From contig CP147779.1 in NCBI GenBank assembly GCA_037308085.1, positions 1,440,001 to 1,504,000 on the forward strand: a DNA stretch of 64,000 bases, read 5' to 3'. Made by a program: the position numbers and the translations under genes. Positions 1-9,904 of the stretch are shown piece by piece. Each line of letters begins with the position of its first letter. The first letter of the stretch is position 1. Origin of the DNA: Promethearchaeati archaeon SRVP18_Atabeyarchaeia-1 (GTDB taxonomy: Archaea; Asgardarchaeota; Atabeyarchaeia; Atabeyarchaeales; Atabeyarchaeaceae). The notes beneath the pieces were generated by a model that searched no databases, was not told the DNA's origin, and saw only the letters and a list, made by a program, of their open reading frames with translations.

Positions 1-860
1 TCGTCAGGCACCTTGATGACCGCTGTGAACGCTCTGGGATCCTTTCTTGGTCTCTTCTCCATGTCAATCATAATGTTCTTGTGCTGCGATATTATGAAGC
101 CCATTCCTCTAAGTGTCTTATCGAGGATCCCTAGGGCTCTTTCCTCTTTGAAGTAAGAGTCAAACTGCTTGGCTCGAAATACATATGTAGCATCGTGTTT
201 CTCGGCTTCGCCGAGCTCTACTCCCACAACCTGCTTCAATTTCTCGCCCATCTTTTCAACCCAAAGGGAATCGGTTTTCTGAACAAAGGACGTCATTGCA
301 TTGTCAAGTTCTTCGAAGTTGATACTCTTTGTATCGCGATACAATTCGAGGTAGTTTTTGTATCCGAGTTCTCTGGACATGCCGTGAAGCTTCTCCATTC
401 GCTCTCGTAGAACAGGTTCCAGCTTTTCCTCTATTGCCTTGTTCCTGGCGTCGAAGATCTTTGCCCGCTTTGTCCTGTTGTCTTCGTTGAAGTACATTAC
501 TTCTGCGAGTCGAAAGGGGATCTCTTCCCCATCAACCTTGATGACCTCCTTCGCCGCGGTCGTGTATGATATGTCAGTCAACTCTTTTACATGCTGGGAC
601 AGCAACTCATGAGTCACGAAGCCCTGAAGGTAGCGCAGCTTTCTATCTTCCTCTCTCCCTTTTCCTTTCTTGGACCTGAGCTGCCTGATCTCCAGTATTT
701 TCCTCTTGTCGAACAAGTGGCCGTACTTCTCATAGATGCCGGAAAGGTTCAATTCATCTTTTTGACCAGACCAATTGAGATAATACTCCAGCTCGGAATC
801 TTGGCTAAAGCCGTCGACGTCACTTCTGAATCTCTCAAGGTTAAGCAAGTTCCACCCCAT
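1..860 (-). CDS. M3/M32-like oligopeptidase-related protein, runs off the left edge
   Basis: Not in the ORF track. My translation from ATG at 860 (MGWNLLNLERF...ELGYKNYLELY...DMEKRPRKDPRAFTAVIKVPD) stays open to base 1. The LGY..Y and D.E.RP.K.PRAF segments resemble M3-like peptidases. No HExxH lies inside the window. Confidence 0.6.
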   Translation of the reverse strand, partial: MGWNLLNLERFRSDVDGFSQDSELEYYLNWSGQKDELNLSGIYEKYGHLFDKRKILEIRQLRSKKGKGREEDRKLRYLQGFVTHELLSQHVKELTDISYTTAAKEVIKVDGEEIPFRLAEVMYFNEDNRTKRAKIFDARNKAIEEKLEPVLRERMEKLHGMSRELGYKNYLELYRDTKSINFEELDNAMTSFVQKTDSLWVEKMGEKLKQVVGVELGEAEKHDATYVFRAKQFDSYFKEERALGILDKTLRGMGFIISQHKNIMIDMEKRPRKDPRAFTAVIKVPD

Positions 861-1037
861 CCCTGTCACAAGAATCTATAGATGTCTTATGCGGAATACA
901 AATAAAAGCCTATTCGGCCGCCTCGCGTGCCTTCCATCAAGAATACTGATATAAACATGGACACCATTATTGTAGTTGAGGGAAGCAGGCTGGATTCAAG
1001 CAGACCTGTTGTTGAAAAGTCGCTGTGAGGAGTTGCT

Positions 1038-1556
1038 TTGACAAGCCCTGGCGAGGAATCCTACATCAAGATCATTGTCGCTGGAGAGGCCGACGTGGGA
1101 AAAACCGCCCTAGTGAACAGGTACTCTACCGGAAGGTTTGATATCCCAGAGACAATCGGAATAGGTTTCTCCTCGAAGGCCGAGAAGACGGCTGAGCTGG
1201 GAAAATTCAAGTTCTCCATACTGGATATGGCAGGAGAGGAACGTTTTCGCTTCATATTGCCAGAAGTTTGTAGGGGAGCAAAGGCAGTCATGCTACTCTT
1301 CGATCTATCCAACCCCAAGAGCTTCAAGAACTTGGGCGAGTGGGTTGACCTGATTAGAGAATGCCTTGAAAATGCTCCTATTCTGCTCATCGGGTCAAAA
1401 TCAGATCTTGACAGCAAGGTTCCAGAGAAACAGATCAAAGACTTCGTAAATCAGAAGAAGTTGAGCGGCTACATGAAGGTGTCAGCAAAAATGAACACGA
1501 ACGTTGATACGGCCTTTCGTCAGATAACAGAGCTGATAAAAAAAGGAGCCCGCTAG
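1038..1556 (+). CDS. Rab-like small GTPase
   Basis: G1 GEADVGKT, G2 TIG, G3 DMAGEE, G4 GSKSD, G5 VSAK. No C-terminal CAAX. Confidence 0.9.
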   Translation: MTSPGEESYIKIIVAGEADVGKTALVNRYSTGRFDIPETIGIGFSSKAEKTAELGKFKFSILDMAGEERFRFILPEVCRGAKAVMLLFDLSNPKSFKNLGEWVDLIRECLENAPILLIGSKSDLDSKVPEKQIKDFVNQKKLSGYMKVSAKMNTNVDTAFRQITELIKKGAR

Positions 1557-1664
1557 TGAGTATTAGTTAGGCGTTCTACACATCTCCAGAGATCGGAAAG
1601 TGGATAAAACACCTTCCCCCAAGTTCCGGTTGAGATAACATAGTTAGCAGGGAAGCGCTGGCAG

Positions 1665-2870
1665 TTGAAGCCTCGTGAGAGACTGATTACAGTTCTTGAG
1701 AAACATGAGCCAGATTGCATCCCCATTGTGCTTCAATCAATAATCTCCTCAAACGTCTCGAACGAGCTGATGAGGATTACTTCGAGAAGCCGTGCCCGGG
1801 ACTCATCCAGTGTTGACGGGGGAATCACCTTTCAAAAGGTCAGGGAGTTCTCGGACAGGATTGCAAGGGTGAATCCTTCAAACTGGAAGAAAGAGTTTGA
1901 GAAGATAGCAAACTCGGCATCAAGGGCTCCCATTGACGTCAATGTTTATGCGAGGCTCGGAGTTGACGGTTTTTTCTACCCTAGTACGCCTGGGCAAATA
2001 AGAATTCTGGATCAGAAGCATTTTGTCAACGAATTCGGCTCCACCTGGGAATTCGGAGACGCAAATGGAGAACTCATCAACTGGTACAAAGACGGATGCC
2101 TCAAAACACCTGAACAAAGAGACCGATGGCCACTACCCAAACCAGAGGCGGAACGCGTCAGAAGCTACCAAGAGGCACTCAAGATATATGGAGAAAGAGT
2201 CTACCCGATCGGATTCGTGGTCGGCATATTTGAATTGACATGGCAATCTATGGGCTTCACCGAATTCGCCCGCAACTTGAAAACTAATGCTAGCTTCGTA
2301 CATAGAGTATATGAGGAGCATGCAAAGTTCGCTGAGGAGTTGGCCAAACTCTTCTTAGATGCTGGAGCTGAGATCATAGGTATAGGTGATGACGTAGCCT
2401 ACAAGAACAATCTAATGGTTTCACCGAAAATGTGGTCAGAGTTCGTCCAGCCACTTGCGTCGAGAATAGTGAACACTATCCATAAGCGTGGCGGGCTGGT
2501 GTTCATGCACTCCGACGGATACATTACACCCCTAATAGATCTGATCATTAGAACTGGATATGACGGAATCCAAAGCCTAGAGCCGCTGGCAGGAGTAAGA
2601 TTGGCTGAGGTCAAGGAGAAATACGGGGACAGGATTGCTTTGATCGGTGGTATTGACACATCTCAGTTACTTCCGTTTGGTACTGAGAAGGATGTGGAAA
2701 AAGCAGTAAGGGATGCTATCAAGGCGGCGGGGATGAAAGGTGGCTATGGAATTGGGCCCTGCACGGAAATCCACTGGAAGTGCAGACCTCAGAACGTCGT
2801 GGCAATGGTGAAGTACGCCAGAAAATACGGCAATTACCCACTCCAAGTCGGTGGCTCAGACCCTAGCTAA
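1665..2870 (+). CDS. Uroporphyrinogen decarboxylase / MtaA-CmuA family protein
   Basis: MKPRER..PDCIP N-terminus, NEFG, GDDVAYK, HSDG, KYGDRIALIGGID motifs. Confidence 0.8.
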   Translation: MKPRERLITVLEKHEPDCIPIVLQSIISSNVSNELMRITSRSRARDSSSVDGGITFQKVREFSDRIARVNPSNWKKEFEKIANSASRAPIDVNVYARLGVDGFFYPSTPGQIRILDQKHFVNEFGSTWEFGDANGELINWYKDGCLKTPEQRDRWPLPKPEAERVRSYQEALKIYGERVYPIGFVVGIFELTWQSMGFTEFARNLKTNASFVHRVYEEHAKFAEELAKLFLDAGAEIIGIGDDVAYKNNLMVSPKMWSEFVQPLASRIVNTIHKRGGLVFMHSDGYITPLIDLIIRTGYDGIQSLEPLAGVRLAEVKEKYGDRIALIGGIDTSQLLPFGTEKDVEKAVRDAIKAAGMKGGYGIGPCTEIHWKCRPQNVVAMVKYARKYGNYPLQVGGSDPS

Positions 2871-2941
2871 GTTTGCGAACCCGAACACAGCGACGACCGA
2901 CTAGAAGCTGGGAGAGAATTTGGCCGGGACAGTGATCATCG

Positions 2942-4192
2942 TCACGCCAAGTCTTTGACAACTTGCCTGACGGTGTCGGTGAATATCTTGACTTCTTTGA
3001 GTGTGTTATAGAAATAAAGAGATGCTCTTGCCGATCCCTCTAACCCATGGGCGTTAAACCAGCTGTGTACGCAGTGCCTTCCTGACCTTATCATGATGTT
3101 CGCCACTTCATCGAGGATCATTGCGACATCATGGGGATTCATACCCTTAACATTGAAGCTGAATATTCCTCTTCTAAGACTCGGTTCATGTGGACCGATT
3201 AGGGTGAGCTTGTCTACGTCCGCAAGTTGTTGTGTCATTGCTCGGTTGAGATTCACTTCATGCTGCTCTATTTCCTCTAAACCCACTGCCGCAAGATACT
3301 CTGCGGCGGCGCCTGCCCCAATTATGCCCGCGTAGTTCTGGAGCCCAGCCTCGAATCTCTCTGGTGGCTCAAGCAGAGTGTAGGAATCGTAGTGCGTGTC
3401 AGAGACGGTGTCTCCCCCCGTTATGAAGGGCCTAAGCTTCTCCAACTCATCACGCTTTCCGTAGAGGACGCCGATCCCGCTCGGGCCGCACATTTTGTGG
3501 ATTGAGAAAGCGAAAAAGTCAACATCCAGATCTCTGACATCGATCTTCATGTGAGGGGCGCTCTGCGCCCCATCAAGCATCACCAGCGCGCCGCGCTCAT
3601 GCGACTCTTCAATGATAGCCTTTGCCGGTATAGTCACTCCGCACAGGTTTGACGTGTGAACCATTGAGACTAGCTTCACGCTTCGATTCATAGCTTTCTC
3701 GAATTCACTCATATTGAAAGTCGTGTCATCATTTGACCTGACAGCAACATGCTTGGTTCCGATTCTTTCAGACAAAACAAGCCACGGGACAAGGTTCGAG
3801 TTGTGCTCATAATCCGTCGTTACAACAGTGTCGCCGCTCTTAAGAGCTAGAGAATTCGCGACAAGGTTGATCGCCTCAGTACAATTCTTGGTGAAGATAA
3901 CTTCGTCACTTCGCTCAGCGCCGATGATGCGACTAATCTTCTCACGAGCTTCGTCGCAAAGCCTTGTGACCTTCAACCCGAATTTGTGTAAGCTTCGACC
4001 TCCGCAGGCAGGATAATTCTCATAGTATTCATTCATGGCTTCGACTACCTGTCTCGGTCGAAGGGTCATACAGGCATTATCGAAGTATATCGGCAGCTTG
4101 CCGCTGATGGGCTTGCTAAGCACAGGGAAGTCTTCTCTTATCCTCTCGACATCCAACTCTTGCTCTGACCTCCTAGTGTTAAAGCTCCACAT
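2942..4192 (-). CDS. SufS/CsdA-like (group II) cysteine desulfurase
   Basis: IREDFP, YFDNA, DGAQS, FSIHKMCGP (PLP Lys), RSGRHC, RASLYFYNT. Confidence 0.9.
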   Translation of the reverse strand: MWSFNTRRSEQELDVERIREDFPVLSKPISGKLPIYFDNACMTLRPRQVVEAMNEYYENYPACGGRSLHKFGLKVTRLCDEAREKISRIIGAERSDEVIFTKNCTEAINLVANSLALKSGDTVVTTDYEHNSNLVPWLVLSERIGTKHVAVRSNDDTTFNMSEFEKAMNRSVKLVSMVHTSNLCGVTIPAKAIIEESHERGALVMLDGAQSAPHMKIDVRDLDVDFFAFSIHKMCGPSGIGVLYGKRDELEKLRPFITGGDTVSDTHYDSYTLLEPPERFEAGLQNYAGIIGAGAAAEYLAAVGLEEIEQHEVNLNRAMTQQLADVDKLTLIGPHEPSLRRGIFSFNVKGMNPHDVAMILDEVANIMIRSGRHCVHSWFNAHGLEGSARASLYFYNTLKEVKIFTDTVRQVVKDLA

Positions 4193-4211
4193 GAACTCAG
4201 TCTCATGCGCT

Positions 4212-4574
4212 TCAGCTTTTCCTCAGAACCGCCGCTGACAATACTCTGTTCACTAGCTGCAGAGTCTTGACTGCGTCGTCGCGGTCCTTGGCACGCCTTA
4301 TGATTATCTTTCCTTCCTTGAATACGTGAATCCTCTTATCTTCGTACTCAATTATCGCGTAGCCCATCTCACTTGAGCAGCGGACCCTCGAGAAGTCCTT
4401 GCTCATCTTCAATACCTCGCACAGCTTAACCCCGTCAAAATACGCTTCCTTTCTCTCGACTCCAGCCTCGGTCTTGAGAATTGATTCGAGTGTTACCTTG
4501 CCATCTTCGGTGCAAGGATTCACTTCGATCATTTGCCTCTCCGCATGCTTATCATCGCTAGCGGCGACGGGCAT
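4212..4574 (-). CDS. Small hypothetical protein between two desulfurases
   Basis: 120-aa co-oriented ORF with tight spacing. PC and RCS cysteines and an IHVFKEGKIII motif. Family assignment uncertain. Confidence 0.6.
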   Translation of the reverse strand: MPVAASDDKHAERQMIEVNPCTEDGKVTLESILKTEAGVERKEAYFDGVKLCEVLKMSKDFSRVRCSSEMGYAIIEYEDKRIHVFKEGKIIIRRAKDRDDAVKTLQLVNRVLSAAVLRKS

Positions 4575-4627
4575 CTAAGATACCACCAAGCCTTCAGCTA
4601 ATAGTGACAATGCTTTGTCTTCTACGC

Positions 4628-5812
4628 TTATGACTCTGACGGTGCGATAGGTGACATTGCTCGCAGCTTCTTGACAATGTCAGGAAGATTCTTTAGTATG
4701 ACGTCGACGTCACTGTCCGTGTTTGACTTGCCCAGACTGAATTGGAGGGAGCCGTGTGCTTCCTCGTGCGCGCATCCTATGCCGATAAGCACGTGGGAAG
4801 GTTCAAGTTTCTTAGATGTGCATGCCGAGCCAGACGATAGTGATACCCCCAGCATGTCGAGGTTTAGAATCATCGACTCTCCTTCAACGTAGCTGAACCT
4901 TATGTTTGCGTTATTTGGGACTCTCTTGGTTGGATGTCCATTCAAAAATGCGTGATCAACGCTTTCCAATAGTCCTTTTATTAGCTTGTCCCTTAACTTC
5001 GTAAGCCTTTTTCCTTCATCCTTCATTTCGTTCTTCGCCAATTCGGCTGCCTTTCCTATGCCGACGATACCCGGCACATTTTCAGTTCCTGATCTCATCC
5101 CCATCTCCTGTCCCCCACCCTGGATGATCGGCTGAATTCTCACATCCTCGCCCACGTAGAGGACGCCCATACCCTTGGGACCATACATGTCGTTGGATGA
5201 TATTGTCATCAAGTCAATCTGCTCCGCCTTGACGTTGATGGGGATTTTTCCAGCGGCGGCCACAGCATCAACGTGTAGCGGCACACCCTTGTCGGCAGCT
5301 ATCTCGCCTATTTCGGCGATTGGCTGTATCGTCCCTATCTCCCCATTTGCGTAAGCCAAGGTTATGAGAACAGTCTTGGCCGTTATAGATGATTTCAGTT
5401 TGCCCACGTCAACCAGACCGTACTCGTCCACTGGGGCATAAGTTATCTTGAACCCCTCTTTCTCAAGCGATTTCAGAGTGTTGAGAATCGACATGTGCTC
5501 AATCGGCGTTGAAACTATGTGGTTACCTTTGTCCTTGTTCTTGGAGGCCACGCCCTTGATAGCCAAGTTGTTCGATTCAGTTCCCCCCGAGGTAAAGACT
5601 ATTTCTCTAGGGTTCTCGGCGCCTATCAGTTGAACGAGCTGCCCCCTGGCAGTCTCGACGGCGCTCTTGGCCTCCATTCCAGCGCTGTGAACCGATGATG
5701 GATTACCGTACTTGTCCGTGAAATATGGCAGCATCTCCTTCAAGACCCGGGGGTCTACCGGGGATCCTGCTACATGATCCATATAGATTCTTTTTGCGTT
5801 TTGCCCACTCAC
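4628..5812 (-). CDS. iscS: IscS/NifS-type cysteine desulfurase
   Basis: YGNPSS, FTSGGTESNN, RSGTENVPGI, SSGSACTS catalytic Cys loop. The usual PLP motif SxHK reads SSND here. Confidence 0.85.
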   Translation of the reverse strand: MSGQNAKRIYMDHVAGSPVDPRVLKEMLPYFTDKYGNPSSVHSAGMEAKSAVETARGQLVQLIGAENPREIVFTSGGTESNNLAIKGVASKNKDKGNHIVSTPIEHMSILNTLKSLEKEGFKITYAPVDEYGLVDVGKLKSSITAKTVLITLAYANGEIGTIQPIAEIGEIAADKGVPLHVDAVAAAGKIPINVKAEQIDLMTISSNDMYGPKGMGVLYVGEDVRIQPIIQGGGQEMGMRSGTENVPGIVGIGKAAELAKNEMKDEGKRLTKLRDKLIKGLLESVDHAFLNGHPTKRVPNNANIRFSYVEGESMILNLDMLGVSLSSGSACTSKKLEPSHVLIGIGCAHEEAHGSLQFSLGKSNTDSDVDVILKNLPDIVKKLRAMSPIAPSES

Positions 5813-5864
5813 TTCTCCGCACCTCTCCTAGACGACAATATTAGAATCAAACCAAATAAAGTTC

Positions 5865-5891
5865 GTGATGACTATGTTCAATAGTCATCAC
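5865..5891. promoter_or_regulatory. Perfect 11-bp inverted repeat, candidate operator upstream of iscS
   Basis: GTGATGACTAT-gttca-ATAGTCATCAC, directly upstream of a minus-strand TTTATTT box (5854-5860). Confidence 0.6.
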
Positions 5892-5938
5892 TAATCTGAA
5901 CTTAACTGTTGCTTTGATAGTTCCTTCGTCAAAGACTC

Positions 5939-6343
5939 CTAGAACCACATTGTGCCATCTGCCTCAAGCACGACGTCGTTGAGCGTGGCTGCGCCGACAA
6001 CTTGACCTGCGGGTATGAATGCACCCTTTGGATCCAGGCCAAACAACGCGCAACTCTGTCCACAAATCATTAGTTTAACCCCCGCCTTCGTGGCGTCGTC
6101 CATGACTTGTTTCAATGTGGGGAAGCTGCCGACCTTGATTTTCTCGGCTTCGCCTTTCTTCACTACCAAGACTCCTTTGCCCAAGAAGTATACTGTCGCG
6201 TCCAAACCCATTGCCTTGGCTGTCTGCGCAAGTATGAATGGTGAGTATAGTCTCTCTGGGGTATCTGGGCCGCTTGTCTGAACGTAGAGCAACGATTTCT
6301 TCTTTTCAGTTTCCCTCTTAGTTGTTGTTTTATTCTTTGCCAC
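5939..6343 (-). CDS. DsrE/DsrF-like protein
   Basis: Small alpha/beta protein with YSPFILA..AKAMG, GVKLMICGQSC and VGAAT motifs typical of the DsrE family. Confidence 0.85.
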   Translation of the reverse strand: MAKNKTTTKRETEKKKSLLYVQTSGPDTPERLYSPFILAQTAKAMGLDATVYFLGKGVLVVKKGEAEKIKVGSFPTLKQVMDDATKAGVKLMICGQSCALFGLDPKGAFIPAGQVVGAATLNDVVLEADGTMWF

Positions 6344-6355
6344 TGCTTAATCACC

Positions 6356-6616
6356 TCACTTCTTTTTCCGTATGAGGAATCGAAGTTTGCCGTCATCAGA
6401 CTTGGTAAATGAGATTATCTCTTGGTCGGTTCTTTTTGCCCACCGAGTTATGTCTTCTTCAGCGGCGGGGTCGTCCGCAAGGACCTCCAGAACCTGTCCG
6501 ACCCTCATCTTGTCGGTCTCCTCTCTTGTGCGATACACCGGAATTGGGCAGTAGAACCCGACCAGATCCAGGGTCTTGTCAGGTTTCGGCATAGGCGCCT
6601 TTTTCGTTGGGTTCAC
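6356..6616 (-). CDS. tusA: TusA/SirA sulfur carrier
   Basis: LDLVGFYCPIP (CPxP), VLEVLADDP..EEDI..W. Confidence 0.9.
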   Translation of the reverse strand: MNPTKKAPMPKPDKTLDLVGFYCPIPVYRTREETDKMRVGQVLEVLADDPAAEEDITRWAKRTDQEIISFTKSDDGKLRFLIRKKK

Positions 6617-6860
6617 CCTCTTCTCATCTCCTCACTATTTCTCATAACGGGAGGTTTTTTGGCAAATCACACCACACTGACAGGGATAACGTTTGACTCT
6701 ATTTACACTTATGTTTGTTCTAAGAGTACCGAGTTAAAAATCTGAGACTAAACCATGGCTGCTCGAATAGTGCCGAGGTTAGAAAAAGCCGGCTTGGAGC
6801 GCTACGCTCGAGCGCTCCTCCATGTCGTGCCCACACCGATTTCAGGGGCGTTTCTGAAGT

Positions 6861-8051
6861 CTATTCTCTTTCCAGTATTACTGCCGCTCCCTGCCCGCCG
6901 CCGCAGCATGCGGTTGCCAATCCATATTGTGCCTTCTGTGCTCTTAGCATTCGGGCAGTGGTTCCTACGAGTCTTGCACCTGTCGCCCCAAGTGGATGTC
7001 CTATCGCTACGGCTCCTCCCTTTACATTCACCTTTTTAGGATCAATTTTGAGTTTGTCCATGGCGTAAAGGACGACGACTGCAAATGCCTCGTTGATCTC
7101 CCAGAAATCAATATCGCTTGCTTTGAGCCCGGCTTGCCTGAGGGCTTTCTGGCTTGCAGGGACATTCCCCTTTCCCATAATGTACGGCTCTACACCCGCC
7201 CAGCCCATTGATTTCACCGCGGCCATTGGCTTTATTCCATACTCATCAGCCTTCTCCCGAGACATCAAGAGTACAGCAGAAGCGCCTGCATTGAGCGGTG
7301 ACGAGTTGCCTGCAGTTATCAGGCCAGTCTTCGGCTTGAATACAGGAGGCAGCTGCCTCAGTTGGTCAATCGTTGTGTCAGGACGAACGCTCAAGTCATG
7401 ATCAACAACCTCGGTCGACCCGTCTGCCTCCTTTACTTCGATTGGCATAAGTTCGTCTTTGAAGTAACCCTCCTTGATCGCCTTCGCAGCTTTCTGATGG
7501 GACTCCAAGGAGAATTGATCCATCTCTTCCCGAGTGAATTTTCTTTCTGCCACTGCCAACCTTTCCGCCGTCTGCCCCATGACGAAACCTGTCTGCATAT
7601 CGTACTCCTTTTGCTTTAACACACTCAGGTTAGGTATGAAGTGTGGATTGTCCTGCATTGGGACGTGCGTCAAGTGCTCCATTCCCCCCGCTATCACTAT
7701 GTCAGAATTGCCTGTTTGGATCTCCATTGTACCTATCTGCACCGCACTCAGCGACGAGCCACACTGGCGATCCATCTGTATAGATGGTACGTGTACTGAT
7801 AGTCCTGCTAAGACCGAGATTAGCCTTCCTGCATAAGTCCAGTTTTCTCCCACTCCAAGCGCGCAGCCAACGATGAGGTCTCCGATCTCCTCCTGGTTTA
7901 TCTTGTTCCTCTCAACAATAGTCTTCACCAAGCGAGAGAGCATCTCATCCATTCGAAAATGGTTGAACTTATCCTTCTCTGGCTCCTTTGGTCGGGACCT
8001 TGAGAAGGGTGTCCTCAGATAGTCAGCTATTATGACTTCTTTCATTCTCAT
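6861..8051 (-). CDS. Acetyl-CoA C-acyltransferase (thiolase)
   Basis: RQCGSS, NEAFA, GHPLGATG, CCGGGQG. Confidence 0.95.
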   Translation of the reverse strand: MRMKEVIIADYLRTPFSRSRPKEPEKDKFNHFRMDEMLSRLVKTIVERNKINQEEIGDLIVGCALGVGENWTYAGRLISVLAGLSVHVPSIQMDRQCGSSLSAVQIGTMEIQTGNSDIVIAGGMEHLTHVPMQDNPHFIPNLSVLKQKEYDMQTGFVMGQTAERLAVAERKFTREEMDQFSLESHQKAAKAIKEGYFKDELMPIEVKEADGSTEVVDHDLSVRPDTTIDQLRQLPPVFKPKTGLITAGNSSPLNAGASAVLLMSREKADEYGIKPMAAVKSMGWAGVEPYIMGKGNVPASQKALRQAGLKASDIDFWEINEAFAVVVLYAMDKLKIDPKKVNVKGGAVAIGHPLGATGARLVGTTARMLRAQKAQYGLATACCGGGQGAAVILERE

Positions 8052-8265
8052 CCTACCCTCTTGATTTGTTGCACTACAATGCTTGAACTAGATAGCAAGC
8101 TATTTCCTAGATAAATCTGATCTTTCCTGTCTTGCGATAATCGCTATCATGCTGCTTGGGCCTATCATTTAGCCTGCCTAGAATCGGAAACGATTTTAAT
8201 AACATATTCACTCATTCTAATTGCGGTCCTAGCAAAAATGATGCAATTCATGGTAGTCGAGCGCT

Positions 8266-9741
8266 ATGGTAGAGATGGAAAAGAAGATCCGAAAGTTTAC
8301 AAGAGACACTTGGATTAGAATCCAACCCTACATCTTCATCATCCTGATGATCTCTGTCGTTGCAGTCATATTGCTTTTCGGCGCTGCAGCCCAAACGGTA
8401 TCAGCCATCTTCATCGCAATAACACTCATAACATACGCGCTGATTGCGACAGAGAAAATGCACAGGACGCTGGCCTCCTTAGGCGGGGCAATATCGACCT
8501 TGATTGCCTTGAAGATAACTGGCAAGATGCCTGACCTCATGGATGTCATAAGCGGTTCATCTCCACTCGTTGACTGGAGCGTCATACTCATAATAATCTC
8601 GGTGGCAATAGTATCCGAGATCGCAAAGGATTCAGGCCTGTTTGATTTCATCACGATAAAGATGATCAAGAGAAGCGGGGGCGAGCCACTGAAACTGCTT
8701 CTTTACTTCTCGCTCCTAATGGTCCTTCTTTCAGCGCTCCTAGGGGATGTGCCAGCTTTCATGATAGTCTGCACGCTCACGATGATGGTTACAAAAGGGC
8801 TTGATTTGAACCCAGTCCCATACGTGATGACAGAGATCATAGTAGCCAACGCTACCGCGATGGTTACAGTTGTAGCCAGCTTTGTTAATCTACTCGTTGC
8901 CGGCTACTTCGGAATGAACCCTGCCTACTTCCTTTCTTACGTGGGCTTCCTAGCCATTGGCTTACCCTTTGCCCTCATCGCCATGGTTGTCACCTACCTG
9001 TATGTGAAACGGTTCTACCGCAAGGATTTGCAGAGGGAAGGAATAAGTAGAACAGAGATCGAGAAACTCAAGAAATCAATAATGTTGCTGAACGAGAAGG
9101 AATTCATCAAAGACCCCAAGTTCTTCAGGAACTCGGCAATAATACTTATCGGTACACTCTTTCTCTTTGCCATATCATCATTCATAGGGATTCCATTCTA
9201 TGTCGTTGGCTTAATCGGTGCTTTCGCATTCATCTTCATGTCTGGCATTGACCCACTTGACGCCTTCCACAAGGTGGACTGGAGCCTCATCTTCTTCATA
9301 ATGGGATTGTTCATTGTAGTGGGAGGTCTCGACAGGACAGGCGTACTGGCTGCGGCAGGCAGCGCCATTGGAGCAGCGGCAGCTGGAAGCCTTCCCCTTC
9401 TCATAATCGTGATCACCTTGTTCGCAGGCACGATCTCGGGTTTCCTTGACGACATATCCGTGGCAACGGCGCTAATATACACGGTTAAACCAATGATGGT
9501 CGCGGCTGGCTTGCTAACTCCAACTCCAATATTGTGGGCAATAATGATCAGCGCAAACCTCGGTGGGAACATCAGCCCCATAGGCGGCGTCGCCAACATC
9601 ATGGGTATTACCGCCCTTCAGAAAGCAGGCGCAAAGCAAGGATGGAAACAATTCTTCAAAGTCGGAGTGCCACTAACATTCATCTTCTTGGGGTTAGCCA
9701 TGGTATACTTGATCATTGTGTCAGCACTCCTCGGATGGTAG
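8266..9741 (+). CDS. ArsB/NhaD/SLC13 (IT superfamily) permease
   Basis: Multi-TM protein with DSGLFD, VDWSLIFF and ANLGGNISPIG..AN motifs. Confidence 0.85.
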   Translation: MVEMEKKIRKFTRDTWIRIQPYIFIILMISVVAVILLFGAAAQTVSAIFIAITLITYALIATEKMHRTLASLGGAISTLIALKITGKMPDLMDVISGSSPLVDWSVILIIISVAIVSEIAKDSGLFDFITIKMIKRSGGEPLKLLLYFSLLMVLLSALLGDVPAFMIVCTLTMMVTKGLDLNPVPYVMTEIIVANATAMVTVVASFVNLLVAGYFGMNPAYFLSYVGFLAIGLPFALIAMVVTYLYVKRFYRKDLQREGISRTEIEKLKKSIMLLNEKEFIKDPKFFRNSAIILIGTLFLFAISSFIGIPFYVVGLIGAFAFIFMSGIDPLDAFHKVDWSLIFFIMGLFIVVGGLDRTGVLAAAGSAIGAAAAGSLPLLIIVITLFAGTISGFLDDISVATALIYTVKPMMVAAGLLTPTPILWAIMISANLGGNISPIGGVANIMGITALQKAGAKQGWKQFFKVGVPLTFIFLGLAMVYLIIVSALLGW

Positions 9742-9904
9742 ATCACTAACAAGAAGAAATCTAGAGAATCCGAAGAACGAGGTTCAGCGATATATTCATA
9801 ATGACATTCTCTTTTTTTTCTCAGAATCATCAACAATTATATCTGATACGAGATACACTCTCCATACCGATGGAGTTAGCATCAACGATGGTGGATCACC
9901 GCCT

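Noticed and set aside
195-881. Plus-strand track ORFs 195..410 and 591..881
   Set aside because: They are antisense shadows of the minus-strand gene 1..860. The same applies to most short track ORFs nested in larger genes, such as 55515..56621.
5865-5899. C/D box sRNA (GTGATGA...CTGA)
   Set aside because: Only ~35 nt, no C'/D' boxes, and the C box is part of a perfect palindrome. An operator or hairpin is more likely.
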